Part shown: piece by piece, positions 1-9,899 of the stretch
Layout of the letters: the number at the start of each line of letters is the position of its first letter
How positions within the stretch are numbered: the stretch's first letter is position 1
IMG/VR virus record: IMGVR_UViG_2675903334_000001
Strand: one strand, 5' to 3'
DNA length: 64,000 bases
Source of the DNA: a virus
Lineage: Duplodnaviria; Caudoviricetes
Notes under the pieces: model-generated
What the model was told of the DNA's origin: nothing
The model's input: the letters and a program-made list of their open reading frames with translations, nothing else
Database searches by the model: none
Program-made: the position numbers and the translations under genes

Positions 1-411
1 AACATCATTGCCACGATCATCGTTCCGGGGCAACCGCTGCCGTACTACCCCGACTTCGACGGGCACATTCGGTGGAAGCGCAGCGGCCTGTTCAACAGCG
101 CCCAAATCGAAGTGCAGGTCCGAGCACTGCCGCAAGGGTCGACGAGTGCGCCGGAAACCGGAACCCTGTGTGCACGTGCCCTGTACGACCCGAGCACCCT
201 GGACGCCGAAACGATCGCGCACATCCGCGAACAGTGGTCCGATACCGGTCATCCTGCCCGAGCCATAGCCCCGGACTCGGGTGAAGGCCGCGTGCCGGCC
301 AACACGTCCATGGTCTATTACGTGCTGCTGTACCGGATCGGCGGAAGCGGCTCGGTCGTGTTTTCCACCCCCGGTGCGCACCTGTCGCTGACGCTGTTTC
401 CGGTGAGCTGA
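1..411 (+). CDS. Minor tail protein, C-terminal part (5' truncated by window)
   Basis: Frame 1 open from base 1 to TGA at 409-411, overlapping ATG of the next tail gene. Confidence 0.6.
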   Translation, partial: NIIATIIVPGQPLPYYPDFDGHIRWKRSGLFNSAQIEVQVRALPQGSTSAPETGTLCARALYDPSTLDAETIAHIREQWSDTGHPARAIAPDSGEGRVPANTSMVYYVLLYRIGGSGSVVFSTPGAHLSLTLFPVS

Positions 412-2537
412 TGCCTCGCAGTATCGACAAATTCCCAGAGAAGCGGGGCGCCGGTGCCGCCTCCCTTAATAATCCACTGCGCTCGCAATTGGACTACGAA
501 TCGGCGCTCGCAGACACAGCCAAGCAAGCCGGTGACAAGATACGTGACGCGATCTCCGGGGCGCTCGACGACATCGTCGATGTCATCCACGAATTCACCG
601 GTCTTGATCTTGACGAACTGAAAAGCGCGCTCGATGGGATTGACCTTGGCAACCCCGGCGCGATCTTGGCCAAGATCGTTGAGTTGGCCGGTAATGCGCT
701 CGGGTTCAATGGCCTGCTGCCGTCGTCGTGGATCGCCGATGTCGTCGAGGATTTGACGCGCGGGGCCGGGGAATTCCTGACCGCGGACAGCATCGCCGGA
801 AACCCCTTCATGCAGTGGGATCCGGGCGCCGCTGGCTGGGAATCCGGCGGCGCCGGCAAGGTGACAGCCAACGGCACACAGCAGTCGGTGCGCGGCGAAA
901 TCTTCGACGTCGTACCCGGTAACGTCGTGAAACTGCCCGCAGGCACACGCTGGTCGGGCCTCACCGCGACACCAGGTTCGAATCCGATCAAGGTCGGGTT
1001 CGCGGTGTGGGACGCGGCCGGCAATGTGCTGCCTGATGTGATCCGAGGACAGATTCAGCCGTCGACACCGTCCTCATCATGGCAAGGGATCCCCACCACG
1101 GATTGGATCGTGCCGACTGGGGTAGCACGGGCTGCGGCGCTGATCGAGCTTGATTCGGGCGCCCTGTCCGGGGACGTGTGGTTCTCGAATGTGACCCCGC
1201 ACAAGACGAACAAGATCCCTCCGGACTTACTGAAAAGCCTGGTCGAGGGCGGGCAGGACTTCGCCGAGGATGTACAGAAGACTTGGGACGCGTTCTGGAA
1301 CGGGGTTTTTGGCGCCAACGCCACCGGCAAGACCCCCGATGATGTGAAAACCGCTTCGGCACATGTTACGGCGGTCGCCAGCGATGCGAACGCTGCGGCA
1401 CAGTTCGCCTCGTCGATGGTGATCCGGCCCCGCCGCAGCCCGCGGTGGGTTTCCACTGGAACCCACGACGACGTGTCGTTCGCGATTGCCATGGCGCAAA
1501 CAATGTTCACCCCGGCTTTGGGGGACATCACCTACATTCCGATCACACCGGACACCGACCGGGTGTACAAGGCGCTCAAGTTCGGGCTGGTCGGCAACGC
1601 GATGACCAACCTGTATGTCGGCGTGTACAAGATCGAGTACGACGGAACACTGACTCGCACAGTGGATCTCGGCGACAAGAAGTCTGCGCTGACCGCGTCG
1701 AAAGTGCAGACATTCGCAATCCCCGGCGGGGTGGCGGTCGGCCGCGGTGAAACGGTGTTCATCGCCGTACGCCAGGTTGGCGGCACCGCTGGGCAGATGT
1801 TCACCACGCCATCGCTGCTGCAGGTGACCGAGGTGGTGCAGCCGGTGCCGACCTACATCACCGAGAAGAACAACACGGGGACAGGGCTTCCGGCGACGAT
1901 CTCGGGGGCTATCGTGCGGTCCGAGTCCGCACCGGCGTGGGGTGCGCTCGGTGAAACGCTGCTCGATTCGCCGTGGACGGACTACACCGCGCCGGGCTGG
2001 TACACCTACCTGTTCGGCACCGATTCGAGGTTCGTCTACATCGCCGGTAGCAGTGCCGGTGGCGGTGGTGGTGGCGGCGACGGCGGCTTCAACAAGCCCG
2101 GCGAGGGCGGACGGCGCGGCACCTGGTCGGCACTGAGCCTTGAGCGTGGTGTGGGAATCCCGTGGGATGTACCGGGACTCGATGTGTACGTTCCAGCGCC
2201 GGGCGCGGGCTCGCCGAGCCGTGAAACCAACGGCAGCCCAGGTGAAGCCCTGATCGTGCGCCTATCAACCGCGCCGGGCACTGTCCTGTTGAACATCCCC
2301 GGCGGTGCGGGCGGGCGCCTGGCCTACGGCGGGTTCTTCAACCGCGACCCCGTCGGTCAAGCGCAAGTGAACTACCCCTTCTTTGGCCGCCTGTTCGTTG
2401 GTGGCCTGGCTGCAGAACAAGACGCCAATGGCAACAGCCCCGGCGGTGGCGGCGGCGGAGGCGGTGGCGGCTTCGTTGGCAACGCCAACGCGGGGCGTCC
2501 GGGTGGCGCCGGGTTCTGCGCGATAAGGACGGCGTGA
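411..2537 (+). CDS. Minor tail / receptor-binding protein with C-terminal glycine-rich domain
   Basis: 708 aa; PSSWIADV...GAG segment mirrors PAAWIADV...GAG of 55154-57679; C-terminal GGGGGGGDGG domain mirrors 57865-59019. Confidence 0.8.
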   Translation: MPRSIDKFPEKRGAGAASLNNPLRSQLDYESALADTAKQAGDKIRDAISGALDDIVDVIHEFTGLDLDELKSALDGIDLGNPGAILAKIVELAGNALGFNGLLPSSWIADVVEDLTRGAGEFLTADSIAGNPFMQWDPGAAGWESGGAGKVTANGTQQSVRGEIFDVVPGNVVKLPAGTRWSGLTATPGSNPIKVGFAVWDAAGNVLPDVIRGQIQPSTPSSSWQGIPTTDWIVPTGVARAAALIELDSGALSGDVWFSNVTPHKTNKIPPDLLKSLVEGGQDFAEDVQKTWDAFWNGVFGANATGKTPDDVKTASAHVTAVASDANAAAQFASSMVIRPRRSPRWVSTGTHDDVSFAIAMAQTMFTPALGDITYIPITPDTDRVYKALKFGLVGNAMTNLYVGVYKIEYDGTLTRTVDLGDKKSALTASKVQTFAIPGGVAVGRGETVFIAVRQVGGTAGQMFTTPSLLQVTEVVQPVPTYITEKNNTGTGLPATISGAIVRSESAPAWGALGETLLDSPWTDYTAPGWYTYLFGTDSRFVYIAGSSAGGGGGGGDGGFNKPGEGGRRGTWSALSLERGVGIPWDVPGLDVYVPAPGAGSPSRETNGSPGEALIVRLSTAPGTVLLNIPGGAGGRLAYGGFFNRDPVGQAQVNYPFFGRLFVGGLAAEQDANGNSPGGGGGGGGGGFVGNANAGRPGGAGFCAIRTA

Positions 2538-4291
2538 TGACAACTCCAGTGGCGACGCGCACGGGCGGCAAATGGTACGGCCGGTTCCGGGCATCGGTGC
2601 CTGGTATCGCCTCGGGTGAAGCGTTCGGGGTGCCCGAAGTGGACCGAGGCCCCTTGACGTTGCGGCCTTCCGGGATCCCGTCGGCGGAAGTGTTCGGCAC
2701 GCAGCTGATCACCTACCCGCAGGACGTTGTAGCCAGCGGTATCGCCTCGGCGGAGGCGTTCGGCACTGCGCAGATCGGATTCCGGGTTGCGGTGCCGGGT
2801 ATCGCGTCGGCCGAGGCGTTCGGTGCCCCCACAGTTTCGGTGGGGCCGGTCACCGTCGCGCCGACTGGCATTGGTTCGGCCGAGGCGTTCGGCGCCGCGC
2901 AGGTCGGTCAACGCGTGGCCCCGAGCTCCATTGCGCCGGCGGAAGCGTTCGGCAACCCGAAGGTGAACATGGCCTTGACCGCTGTGGGTATCGCCTCGGC
3001 GGAGGCGTTCGGAACGCCCGCGGTGGGCCGAGGCGCGGTCGGTGTCGCACCTGCAGGTATCGCGTCGGCCGAGGCGTTCGGTGCCGCGGCGATCACGCAA
3101 ACGGCGACCATCTACTACAACACGCAGGGCGTGGGCAGCGAAAACAACGGCACACCGCTGACATGCACCATCAACCCAAACACGGGCGATGACGTGCTCG
3201 TATTCGCCATGCTCGGAGCATCCTCGGGTGCCACCGACTTCTACAAGGCAACGTACGGGCCGAGCAATCTGCCGATGATCTGCGCAGGGCAAGAGCTTTC
3301 GGGCGGTGTTGTCATCGCGGCCTACATCATCCGGGGCGCGCCTTCGGGTAGTGCAACGGTCAACATCACCCGAGGCACCAGCCCGGCACCGTGGGGCCAA
3401 GCGGTCGCGGTGTCGTATTCAGGCGCGGCCGGGTTCGACCCCGCCACGGCAGCAGCGGGAACCGGAACATCGTTCTCGCATCCGGTGACAGTGCCGACCA
3501 ACAGCCGCACGGTGCAAGCCATCACGACCGGGGACGCCGGCGCCACCCTGTCGAGCTTGACAGGTGGTGTGAGCCGCTACCTCGATAACGCGGGATTCTG
3601 CATTCAGTCGATCCGAGACTCGGACGCTTCCACGGCGTTCACCGGCACGTTGAGCAGCTCCCGTGCCTGGGCCTCGATCGCGGTGCCGCTGCGCACCAGC
3701 GCGCCGGGCGGGGTGCGCGCCGGTTACAGCTACGGCTCCACCAGCGTATTGGGCGCCACGACAACAACATTCGATATCTACGCCGCCGCCGGAGAATACG
3801 TCTATGTTCCGGTGATTCAGGACCGTGCCGGTGACCCGTCGTCGGTGACCTGTGACGGTTCGGCGATGACGCTCATCGACACCGCGCCATGGTCGTCGGG
3901 CTCGGGGGCGGCGTACATCAAGATCTACCGCAGCGCGGCGGCGATGAGTTCAGCTGGCCTTAAGACGGTTTCCGTTGTGACATCCGGTAGCGGATGGAGC
4001 CGCAGCGGCGGCGTCGCGGTCTCCGGTGTCACCAGCCCGTCGGGAACCGTCACCAAAACATCGGGCACCAGCTCGCAACCCACACAGGCCGTCACCTGCT
4101 CGGCCGGGCAGATGATCCTGCAAATACTGGCCAGTGCAGCGGCCCCCACGGGCACCGAGGGCGGCACAACGCTGGTCGTTTCCTCAGCTGGCCAAGTGTT
4201 CTGGTCGATCAACATCGCCCTGGAATCAACAACATTCAAGCTGGCCAACACCTCCACCAACTGGGGTGCGCTGGCCTTGGTCCTCAGTTAG
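2534..4291 (+). CDS. Tail fibre-like minor tail protein with GIASAEAFG repeats
   Basis: 585 aa, Ser/Thr/Gly rich, 8 imperfect GIASAEAFG repeats; located in tail-tip cluster. Confidence 0.7.
   Translation: MMTTPVATRTGGKWYGRFRASVPGIASGEAFGVPEVDRGPLTLRPSGIPSAEVFGTQLITYPQDVVASGIASAEAFGTAQIGFRVAVPGIASAEAFGAPTVSVGPVTVAPTGIGSAEAFGAAQVGQRVAPSSIAPAEAFGNPKVNMALTAVGIASAEAFGTPAVGRGAVGVAPAGIASAEAFGAAAITQTATIYYNTQGVGSENNGTPLTCTINPNTGDDVLVFAMLGASSGATDFYKATYGPSNLPMICAGQELSGGVVIAAYIIRGAPSGSATVNITRGTSPAPWGQAVAVSYSGAAGFDPATAAAGTGTSFSHPVTVPTNSRTVQAITTGDAGATLSSLTGGVSRYLDNAGFCIQSIRDSDASTAFTGTLSSSRAWASIAVPLRTSAPGGVRAGYSYGSTSVLGATTTTFDIYAAAGEYVYVPVIQDRAGDPSSVTCDGSAMTLIDTAPWSSGSGAAYIKIYRSAAAMSSAGLKTVSVVTSGSGWSRSGGVAVSGVTSPSGTVTKTSGTSSQPTQAVTCSAGQMILQILASAAAPTGTEGGTTLVVSSAGQVFWSINIALESTTFKLANTSTNWGALALVLS
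2603..3082 (+). repeat. Eight spaced imperfect 27-bp repeats encoding GIASAEAFG
   Basis: Recurring ggtatcgc(c/g)tcggc(g/c)gaggcgttcgg units separated by 11-14 codons. Confidence 0.9.
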
Positions 4292-4325
4292 ACCCCCACC
4301 CGAAAGAGAAAGTAGGTAACCACCA

Positions 4326-4733
4326 ATGGCAAACGCACTGTACGACAAGGGCCGCGAAGCATTCGCCACCGGCGCCGTCAACTGGACCGGCGACACCATC
4401 AAGGTAGCGCTTGTGGACACCGGCGCGTACACGCCGAACCTCGCGACACACCAGTTCCTTTCCGACATCGCGGCCGGTGCCCGCATCGCCACATCGGCCG
4501 CGCTGACCGGGAAGACGGCCACCGCGGGTGTCTGCAACGCCGCCAACGTCAACTTCTCCGCCGTGAGCGGTGCGAGCGTCGAGGCGCTGGTGATCTACAA
4601 GGACACCGGTACCGCCGGCACGTCCCCGCTGATCGCGTACATCGACACCGCAACCGGTCTTCCCGTGTCACCCAACGGCGGCGACATCAACATCGCATGG
4701 GACACCGGCACTAACCGGATATTCAAGCTGTGA
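4326..4733 (+). CDS. Small tail-associated protein
   Basis: 135 aa MANALYDKGREAF..., positional analogue of 59034-59417. Confidence 0.65.
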   Translation: MANALYDKGREAFATGAVNWTGDTIKVALVDTGAYTPNLATHQFLSDIAAGARIATSAALTGKTATAGVCNAANVNFSAVSGASVEALVIYKDTGTAGTSPLIAYIDTATGLPVSPNGGDINIAWDTGTNRIFKL

Positions 4734-4882
4734 CCAGACACATCGCCGCCGTGGGCGCGGTGTGCGCAGCTCTGGCCGCAGCGACAGCCCTGCTCACCTA
4801 CACGGTTGTCATGCACATTGCGCCCGGTGAACACCCTCGGGATCCGCGAATCACCGAGCCGCACGGCCGGTTCGGCTGGTGA
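4730..4882 (+). CDS. Small membrane protein (50 aa)
   Basis: GTG overlaps upstream TGA; hydrophobic IAAVGAVCAALAAATALLTYTVV; ends GW like 59769-59915. Confidence 0.55.
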   Translation: MTRHIAAVGAVCAALAAATALLTYTVVMHIAPGEHPRDPRITEPHGRFGW

Positions 4883-4940
4883 CGCTGCGCGGCATCAGCC
4901 CTTGCGCGGCGCTACCTTCCGAAATGGAAAGCGAGACATC

Positions 4941-5204
4941 ATGAAAACCATCGTCAAATGGCTCATCAAGACAGCCATCGAAGCCACCCGCGAATACTTG
5001 AAAGAGCATCCCGAGGTCGGCGACGAAGCTGCCGCGGCTGTCGCGACGAAGATCGGTAGCGCACTGCCCAAATTCGTCGACTCGTTGACGAATGCCACGC
5101 CGTGGCAGTGGGACGACAAGGCGCTCGACGGCCTCGCTGAACGCGTCGCGAAGCTGCTGCCCGATCTGGTGCGCCAATTCCTGGGATTCGGTAAGCAGTC
5201 ATGA
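4941..5204 (+). CDS. Hypothetical protein preceding lysin A
   Basis: MKTIVKWLIK...; stop overlaps lysin A start; DDKALDGL resembles DDKLFDGL of 59909-60208. Confidence 0.65.
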   Translation: MKTIVKWLIKTAIEATREYLKEHPEVGDEAAAAVATKIGSALPKFVDSLTNATPWQWDDKALDGLAERVAKLLPDLVRQFLGFGKQS

Positions 5205-6466
5205 GTTTCGTGTGGCAGGCCGACAAGCCCATGCGCACGCGGGAGCAGGTCGCCCGCGAGGTTCACGCCGTGTCACTGGCGCGTGGCCTCGATGACCTCG
5301 CCACGGTTATGGCGCTCATGTGCATCAGCGTCGAATCCAACTTTTGGTGCCCAGGAAACGACAAGGATCCGTGCTTCCGCGACCACCCGGACGATTACCC
5401 GCATGACTCACTCAGCGATGACGGCTACTCATCGGGGTACTACCAGCAGCAGATGTCGGCGCCAGAGGTCAGCCCGCCGTGGGGGTGGGGTGGACTGTGG
5501 GGCGACCCGGAAGGCACCCGTAAGCGCATGGATCTTCGGGCATCCACCGACATGTTCCTAGCGGCCCTGCCCGGCGATTACGTCAACGCCAACAACGCGT
5601 CGGCAGCCGGCCAGGTCGTCGCGGACGTGCAGAAACCAAACCCCTTGTACCGCAGCCGGTACGCCGAGAAGTGGGACGAAGCGTGGGATCTGTTCGACCG
5701 CGCTCTCGCCGGCGGGCCGGTTGCGCCACCGTCGAACAATGGAGGAACCGAAGTGGGATTCACAGGCGACCCGGTCTGGCTTGAAGACGTACTACGCGAA
5801 GCGCTCGGTGACCGGCTGCACGTCGTCGACGGATGGAAAACCCGCGGTACAGGTGCGGGGGAGAACGGATCAGATCAGATGGGGCCGCTGTGGGGTGTGA
5901 TGATCCACCACACGGGCAACCGCAACGAGAGTATCGACACCATCAAGAATGGGCGCCCGGGCCTCGCCGGGCCGCTGTCGCAGTGCCTGATCACACCGGA
6001 CGGGATCTGCCATTTGATCGCGATCGGGCCGTGCAACCATGCCGGTATCGGCCAATACCCCGGCATATCAAAGAACATGGGCAACACCAGGCTTATCGGG
6101 TTCGAATGCGCGTGGCCCACGATCCGGCCCGACGGCAGCTACGACGAACGTGAACGCTGGCCCGACGCGCAGATCATCACCATGCGAGACGCGGCGGCAG
6201 CGGTCGTCAAGAAACTCGGGTATGGCGCAGATCGCGTGATCGGCCACAAGGAGTACGCGACGGCCCCACCCAACGTGAAGTGGGATCCGGGCAACATCGA
6301 CATGAACTGGTTCCGTGGCGAAGTCGCCAAGGATCTGCGCGGCGACTTCGACGGCCCGCCGATCGTAATCCCGCCCGTGTTGACCGATCGGCAACTGCTG
6401 GAACGGATCGACGCGGGTGTCGCTGACCTAAACCGCAAGCTCAACGGAATCGGAGCAACGAAATGA
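5201..6466 (+). CDS. Lysin A: lysozyme-like N-terminal domain plus N-acetylmuramoyl-L-alanine amidase (Amidase_2)
   Basis: GVMIHHTG, IGHKEY, KWDPG amidase motifs; N-terminal DDGYSSGYYQQQ...WG...RMD motif. Confidence 0.9.
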   Translation: MSFVWQADKPMRTREQVAREVHAVSLARGLDDLATVMALMCISVESNFWCPGNDKDPCFRDHPDDYPHDSLSDDGYSSGYYQQQMSAPEVSPPWGWGGLWGDPEGTRKRMDLRASTDMFLAALPGDYVNANNASAAGQVVADVQKPNPLYRSRYAEKWDEAWDLFDRALAGGPVAPPSNNGGTEVGFTGDPVWLEDVLREALGDRLHVVDGWKTRGTGAGENGSDQMGPLWGVMIHHTGNRNESIDTIKNGRPGLAGPLSQCLITPDGICHLIAIGPCNHAGIGQYPGISKNMGNTRLIGFECAWPTIRPDGSYDERERWPDAQIITMRDAAAAVVKKLGYGADRVIGHKEYATAPPNVKWDPGNIDMNWFRGEVAKDLRGDFDGPPIVIPPVLTDRQLLERIDAGVADLNRKLNGIGATK

Positions 6467-6576
6467 GTGGACATATGCAACCTGAGGGCGAGACGTTTGT
6501 GACGTTCGGATGCTTCGTGATCGCGCAGAACGTGCAGATCATCGGCAAGCCCCGCCAGGACGGCATCCAGCCATGA
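6463..6576 (+). CDS. Small hypothetical protein (37 aa) between lysin A and lysin B
   Basis: ATGA overlaps at both ends. Confidence 0.4.
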   Translation: MSGHMQPEGETFVTFGCFVIAQNVQIIGKPRQDGIQP

Positions 6577-7739
6577 ACGGGCCTGACGGGAAGTGGATCG
6601 GCTACGGCGAAGGCGACGAATCCGACGCGGTGACCGCGATCGAACGCCGCCTCGTCAACGCCTACCCGAGAAACAGCCACGCCATCGAGCACGGCGTCGC
6701 GGTGGACCGCAGATACACCGTTGGCACAGCGCAAGCGGTGCGGGATCTTACGGCGTTCATGAACAACGATCCCCGCGAGCTGGAACGCCTACGGCGCATG
6801 GGGCTGGCCACGCCGCTGCGAAGCGACGGTGTCGCGAATCTGGACGTTCGCAAGGCCATCGGCGCGTACGTCGAGGCGCCGGCCAACCCGCTGCCGTCCA
6901 AGTACCCGATTCAGGGTGTGTGGGCCGATTCGCGCGCCTTCCTGAACCCGCCGACTGCGCACAGTTTCGTCAAGGCCACCAACGATTTCCGTGACGAAGC
7001 CATGCGCCTCTACCGGCCGATGGCGGGCACCCGCATCTGGCCGATCGGATACAGCATGGGCGGTGTGTCGGTCCAGAAGTTCCTGACCGCGCTGCCGCCC
7101 GAATGGCGCAACTACGTTGCCGGCGTCACCACGTTCGGTGACCCGTCGATGCCCGCCGAGGGCAGCCTGCTCGGCGATGATCCCGGCGAAGGCATCTCCA
7201 AATTGCCGCAGCCACAGTGGGTGCGGGACCGGTACTGGTCATACTCGATTGACGGCGACTGGTACCCGCGAGCACGTGGGCTGCTGTTCCTGCTCTACCA
7301 GGTACTCACCCGCGCAGAGTTGACCATGGAATTCGCGATGTACCTGTTCACTGAATTCCCGAAGCAAGCATTTCAGCAGCTCATCGGGCAAGCCGACAGT
7401 GCCGACCCGCTGGCCGGCGCACTGTCGGGGCTCGCTGGACTCATGACCTCCGGGCCGCTCGGCGTCATCGGGTCCCCGCTGAACCCGTTGCAGCTGTTCG
7501 CGATCCTGCCGGACCTTGTGCGGCTGCTGTTCGACGCCATCAAGTTCGTGGCCACCAACGCGCACGGCATGTACGGCGATCCCGGATATGCACTGTGGGA
7601 CGGCATGACGGCCGTCGATCACGCGGTAGCCAACATCCGGCGCGTGGCCCCCGACGGCTGCACCCTGTTCCTGCTGCCCGGAACGTGGGCGAACTGGAAC
7701 CAAGGCTTTCCGTTCGACGTGGCTGCACAACTGCAATAG
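6573..7739 (+). CDS. Lysin B (cutinase-like mycolylarabinogalactan esterase)
   Basis: GYSMG nucleophile elbow, TFGDP, DGDWY motifs; follows lysin A. Confidence 0.88.
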   Translation: MNGPDGKWIGYGEGDESDAVTAIERRLVNAYPRNSHAIEHGVAVDRRYTVGTAQAVRDLTAFMNNDPRELERLRRMGLATPLRSDGVANLDVRKAIGAYVEAPANPLPSKYPIQGVWADSRAFLNPPTAHSFVKATNDFRDEAMRLYRPMAGTRIWPIGYSMGGVSVQKFLTALPPEWRNYVAGVTTFGDPSMPAEGSLLGDDPGEGISKLPQPQWVRDRYWSYSIDGDWYPRARGLLFLLYQVLTRAELTMEFAMYLFTEFPKQAFQQLIGQADSADPLAGALSGLAGLMTSGPLGVIGSPLNPLQLFAILPDLVRLLFDAIKFVATNAHGMYGDPGYALWDGMTAVDHAVANIRRVAPDGCTLFLLPGTWANWNQGFPFDVAAQLQ

Positions 7740-7754
7740 GAAAAGGGAATCATC

Positions 7755-7994
7755 ATGTACACCTGGGCATTCTGGAGAGAGCTGGGCGAACGGGCGGTGC
7801 GCGCCGCAGCGGCGGCGCTGATGGGCGTGTTCGTGGGCGACAAGACCGTCGCGACTGTCGATTGGCGGTTCACGGCGGCAGCGGTCGCGACAGCGGTTCT
7901 GGTGTCGGTGTGTTCGTCGCTGCTGGCCAGCCGCCGCGTCGAGGACGCCGACGGACCTCGCACAGCGTCGTTCCTGACCGGAGGCCGCGGGTAG
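7755..7994 (+). CDS. Holin (r1t-like)
   Basis: 79 aa, FWRELGERAVR motif, two hydrophobic segments, follows lysins. Confidence 0.8.
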   Translation: MYTWAFWRELGERAVRAAAAALMGVFVGDKTVATVDWRFTAAAVATAVLVSVCSSLLASRRVEDADGPRTASFLTGGRG

Positions 7995-8261
7995 ATGTCT
8001 CCGCTGTCGCCGCTGCTGAATAGCCCCGACGACTTTTTCTTCGCGGTCGCGTTCATGGGTTTGGCAACGCACCAGGTATGGATGGTGGTCTCGGGGCGCC
8101 TTGTGCCTCGCCGAACCCATGAACGCGAACTCGCCAGCAGAGACAACGAAATCGTTTTCCTGCGTGAGACAAACGGGAAACAGGGCGAGACGATCCACGC
8201 GTACGCAACACCTGCTCAACTCGCGGTGCGCGCGGTTACCGCATTGCAGGAGCAGACATGA
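7995..8261 (+). CDS. Lysis-cassette membrane protein
   Basis: One N-terminal TM segment followed by a coiled segment. Confidence 0.6.
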   Translation: MSPLSPLLNSPDDFFFAVAFMGLATHQVWMVVSGRLVPRRTHERELASRDNEIVFLRETNGKQGETIHAYATPAQLAVRAVTALQEQT

Positions 8262-8452
8262 GATGGCCATTCTCAAGACGAGGCCGGCCCGCATGTGAAG
8301 ACGACGCCACACGCAACGCCGAAGCCGAACGTGACCTTGCCCAACAACAGCTTGACGAGGCGATCGAGCTTGCCGCGCAAGCACAATTGCTACTTGATCG
8401 GAACGGGTTCGCCGAAGCGGTTGAACGTTCCATGCGACGGAGGTTTGCGTGA
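8258..8452 (+). CDS. Small hypothetical protein in lysis cassette
   Basis: 64 aa MRWPFSRR..., 4-bp overlaps at both ends. Confidence 0.6.
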   Translation: MRWPFSRRGRPACEDDATRNAEAERDLAQQQLDEAIELAAQAQLLLDRNGFAEAVERSMRRRFA

Positions 8453-8817
8453 AGACGATTCGAAATGCTGCGATCGTTGCCGCTTTGGCGTTCGTGCCCG
8501 CGGTATGGATGGCCCCCGGCACAGTTGCCGATGTGTTGCTGACCTTCGCAGCTGTGCTGTCGTGGGTGTTCGCGGTGCTGTATCTGACGGGGTCGATGTG
8601 GTGGCTTGAACGCGTAGGCCGGGCAACGATTTCCATGATGTTCGCGCTGGCTTTCGTGCTCACACAGAACGCGATGTCGGTCTGGTGGGGGGAGAACTAT
8701 CCCGGCCGCGACCAGGTGCGCGGCCTACTGTATGCCTCTCTCGCCTACGCCCTGGCACGCCTGGTGTTGACCCTGCACCACATTCAGCGCACCGACAAGG
8801 ACACCCAAAATGGCTGA
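8449..8817 (+). CDS. Multi-TM lysis-cassette protein (holin-like)
   Basis: 122 aa with about four hydrophobic segments. Confidence 0.65.
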   Translation: MKTIRNAAIVAALAFVPAVWMAPGTVADVLLTFAAVLSWVFAVLYLTGSMWWLERVGRATISMMFALAFVLTQNAMSVWWGENYPGRDQVRGLLYASLAYALARLVLTLHHIQRTDKDTQNG

Positions 8818-9358
8818 CATCGCTGACATTCCGTGGTTCAAATGCGTTGGCCTGTACGGCAACATCGTGCCCGACACGCTCGATACAGGCTATCGTCCCG
8901 ACCATTTCAAGCCGTGGGGTTCGGTCACGTTCACACCCCGGATCGCAGGCCCCGGCGACAAGCTGGAGCCGCCAGAGCCGCAGTTCCGGCTGACCGGACA
9001 CACCCCGCCGATGACGCTGCTGCTGGTGCCGTTCGACGCACGCATCGAAAACGGGGTGTTGAAACTGCCGCGCCTCGACGCGCCGGCCGGGGAGAACCCG
9101 ACACCGACCGAGATAGATCAGCAGCGTGCCAGCGCAGGCCTGGACATGCTGGCCAATTCGACTGCCCTGCAACTGGCATCGGGCTACAAACTGGTCTACC
9201 AAGTGCAGTTCGGGACCATGAAGGTATTGGGCAAGGAACACACCTTCGATTCGTTCTGGTTCGAGGCCCCGACCGTCAGCGACTTCACGACCGCACCGAC
9301 ATGGGTGCCGCCCACGATCGACCTGACCGTCGTCGAACGATTCACACCGGTGACGTAG
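8810..9358 (+). CDS. Phage protein, probable virion/tail component
   Basis: 182 aa, last rightward gene of the late operon. Confidence 0.5.
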   Translation: MADIADIPWFKCVGLYGNIVPDTLDTGYRPDHFKPWGSVTFTPRIAGPGDKLEPPEPQFRLTGHTPPMTLLLVPFDARIENGVLKLPRLDAPAGENPTPTEIDQQRASAGLDMLANSTALQLASGYKLVYQVQFGTMKVLGKEHTFDSFWFEAPTVSDFTTAPTWVPPTIDLTVVERFTPVT

Positions 9359-9371
9359 TCCGCCCCGTTTC

Positions 9372-9899
9372 CTACTTGGGAATCTTCGGCACTGTCGCGG
9401 TGGCGATTTCCATGGCCTTGGCGCACAAATCAATGCCGCCCTTTCCCGTGCCGGCACCGATATTCACGCTCACGGTTGACCGCTGGGCGGGCAGGCTAAC
9501 GATGCACATATCAGGCTCTTGATGCAGCGAAGCATCGACCCCTGCAACGGAAATCTTCTTCTCACCCTTGTCCCACATACGCTGAATGGCAACGTTACTG
9601 ACGAGCAGATTCAGATTCCATATCTCGGTGTTACTCGCAGACTCCCATTCGCACCCGCGCACACCCTTGTTTACGCCGCCGATCGCGAACACCTGCTGAG
9701 GTGTTAGCCCCCAGGTACGTAGCTCGGTGGGCGTGAACGCGTGGCAGGGATCGAACGTTGTGCCGTCACTACGCCCAGAGTCCAGCGGAGCCAGCGAAGA
9801 AGGCGCCGGGGACGCCGGGATTTCAGGACGGTCTGGTTGCCCGCAACTTGCGCAGGTGACCGCTAGTGCCAACGCGAATGCGGCTCGAAGTAGTGACAT
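9372..9899 (-). CDS. DUF3558-like lipoprotein
   Basis: Signal peptide with lipobox-like TCASCG, FDPC motif, conserved Cys pattern, GGGG SD. Confidence 0.7.
   Translation of the reverse strand: MSLLRAAFALALAVTCASCGQPDRPEIPASPAPSSLAPLDSGRSDGTTFDPCHAFTPTELRTWGLTPQQVFAIGGVNKGVRGCEWESASNTEIWNLNLLVSNVAIQRMWDKGEKKISVAGVDASLHQEPDMCIVSLPAQRSTVSVNIGAGTGKGGIDLCAKAMEIATATVPKIPK

Noticed and set aside
2603-3082. CRISPR array or DGR template/variable repeat
   Set aside because: Repeats are in-frame coding units with degenerate third positions; no cas genes, no reverse transcriptase and no adenine-specific mismatch pair anywhere in the window
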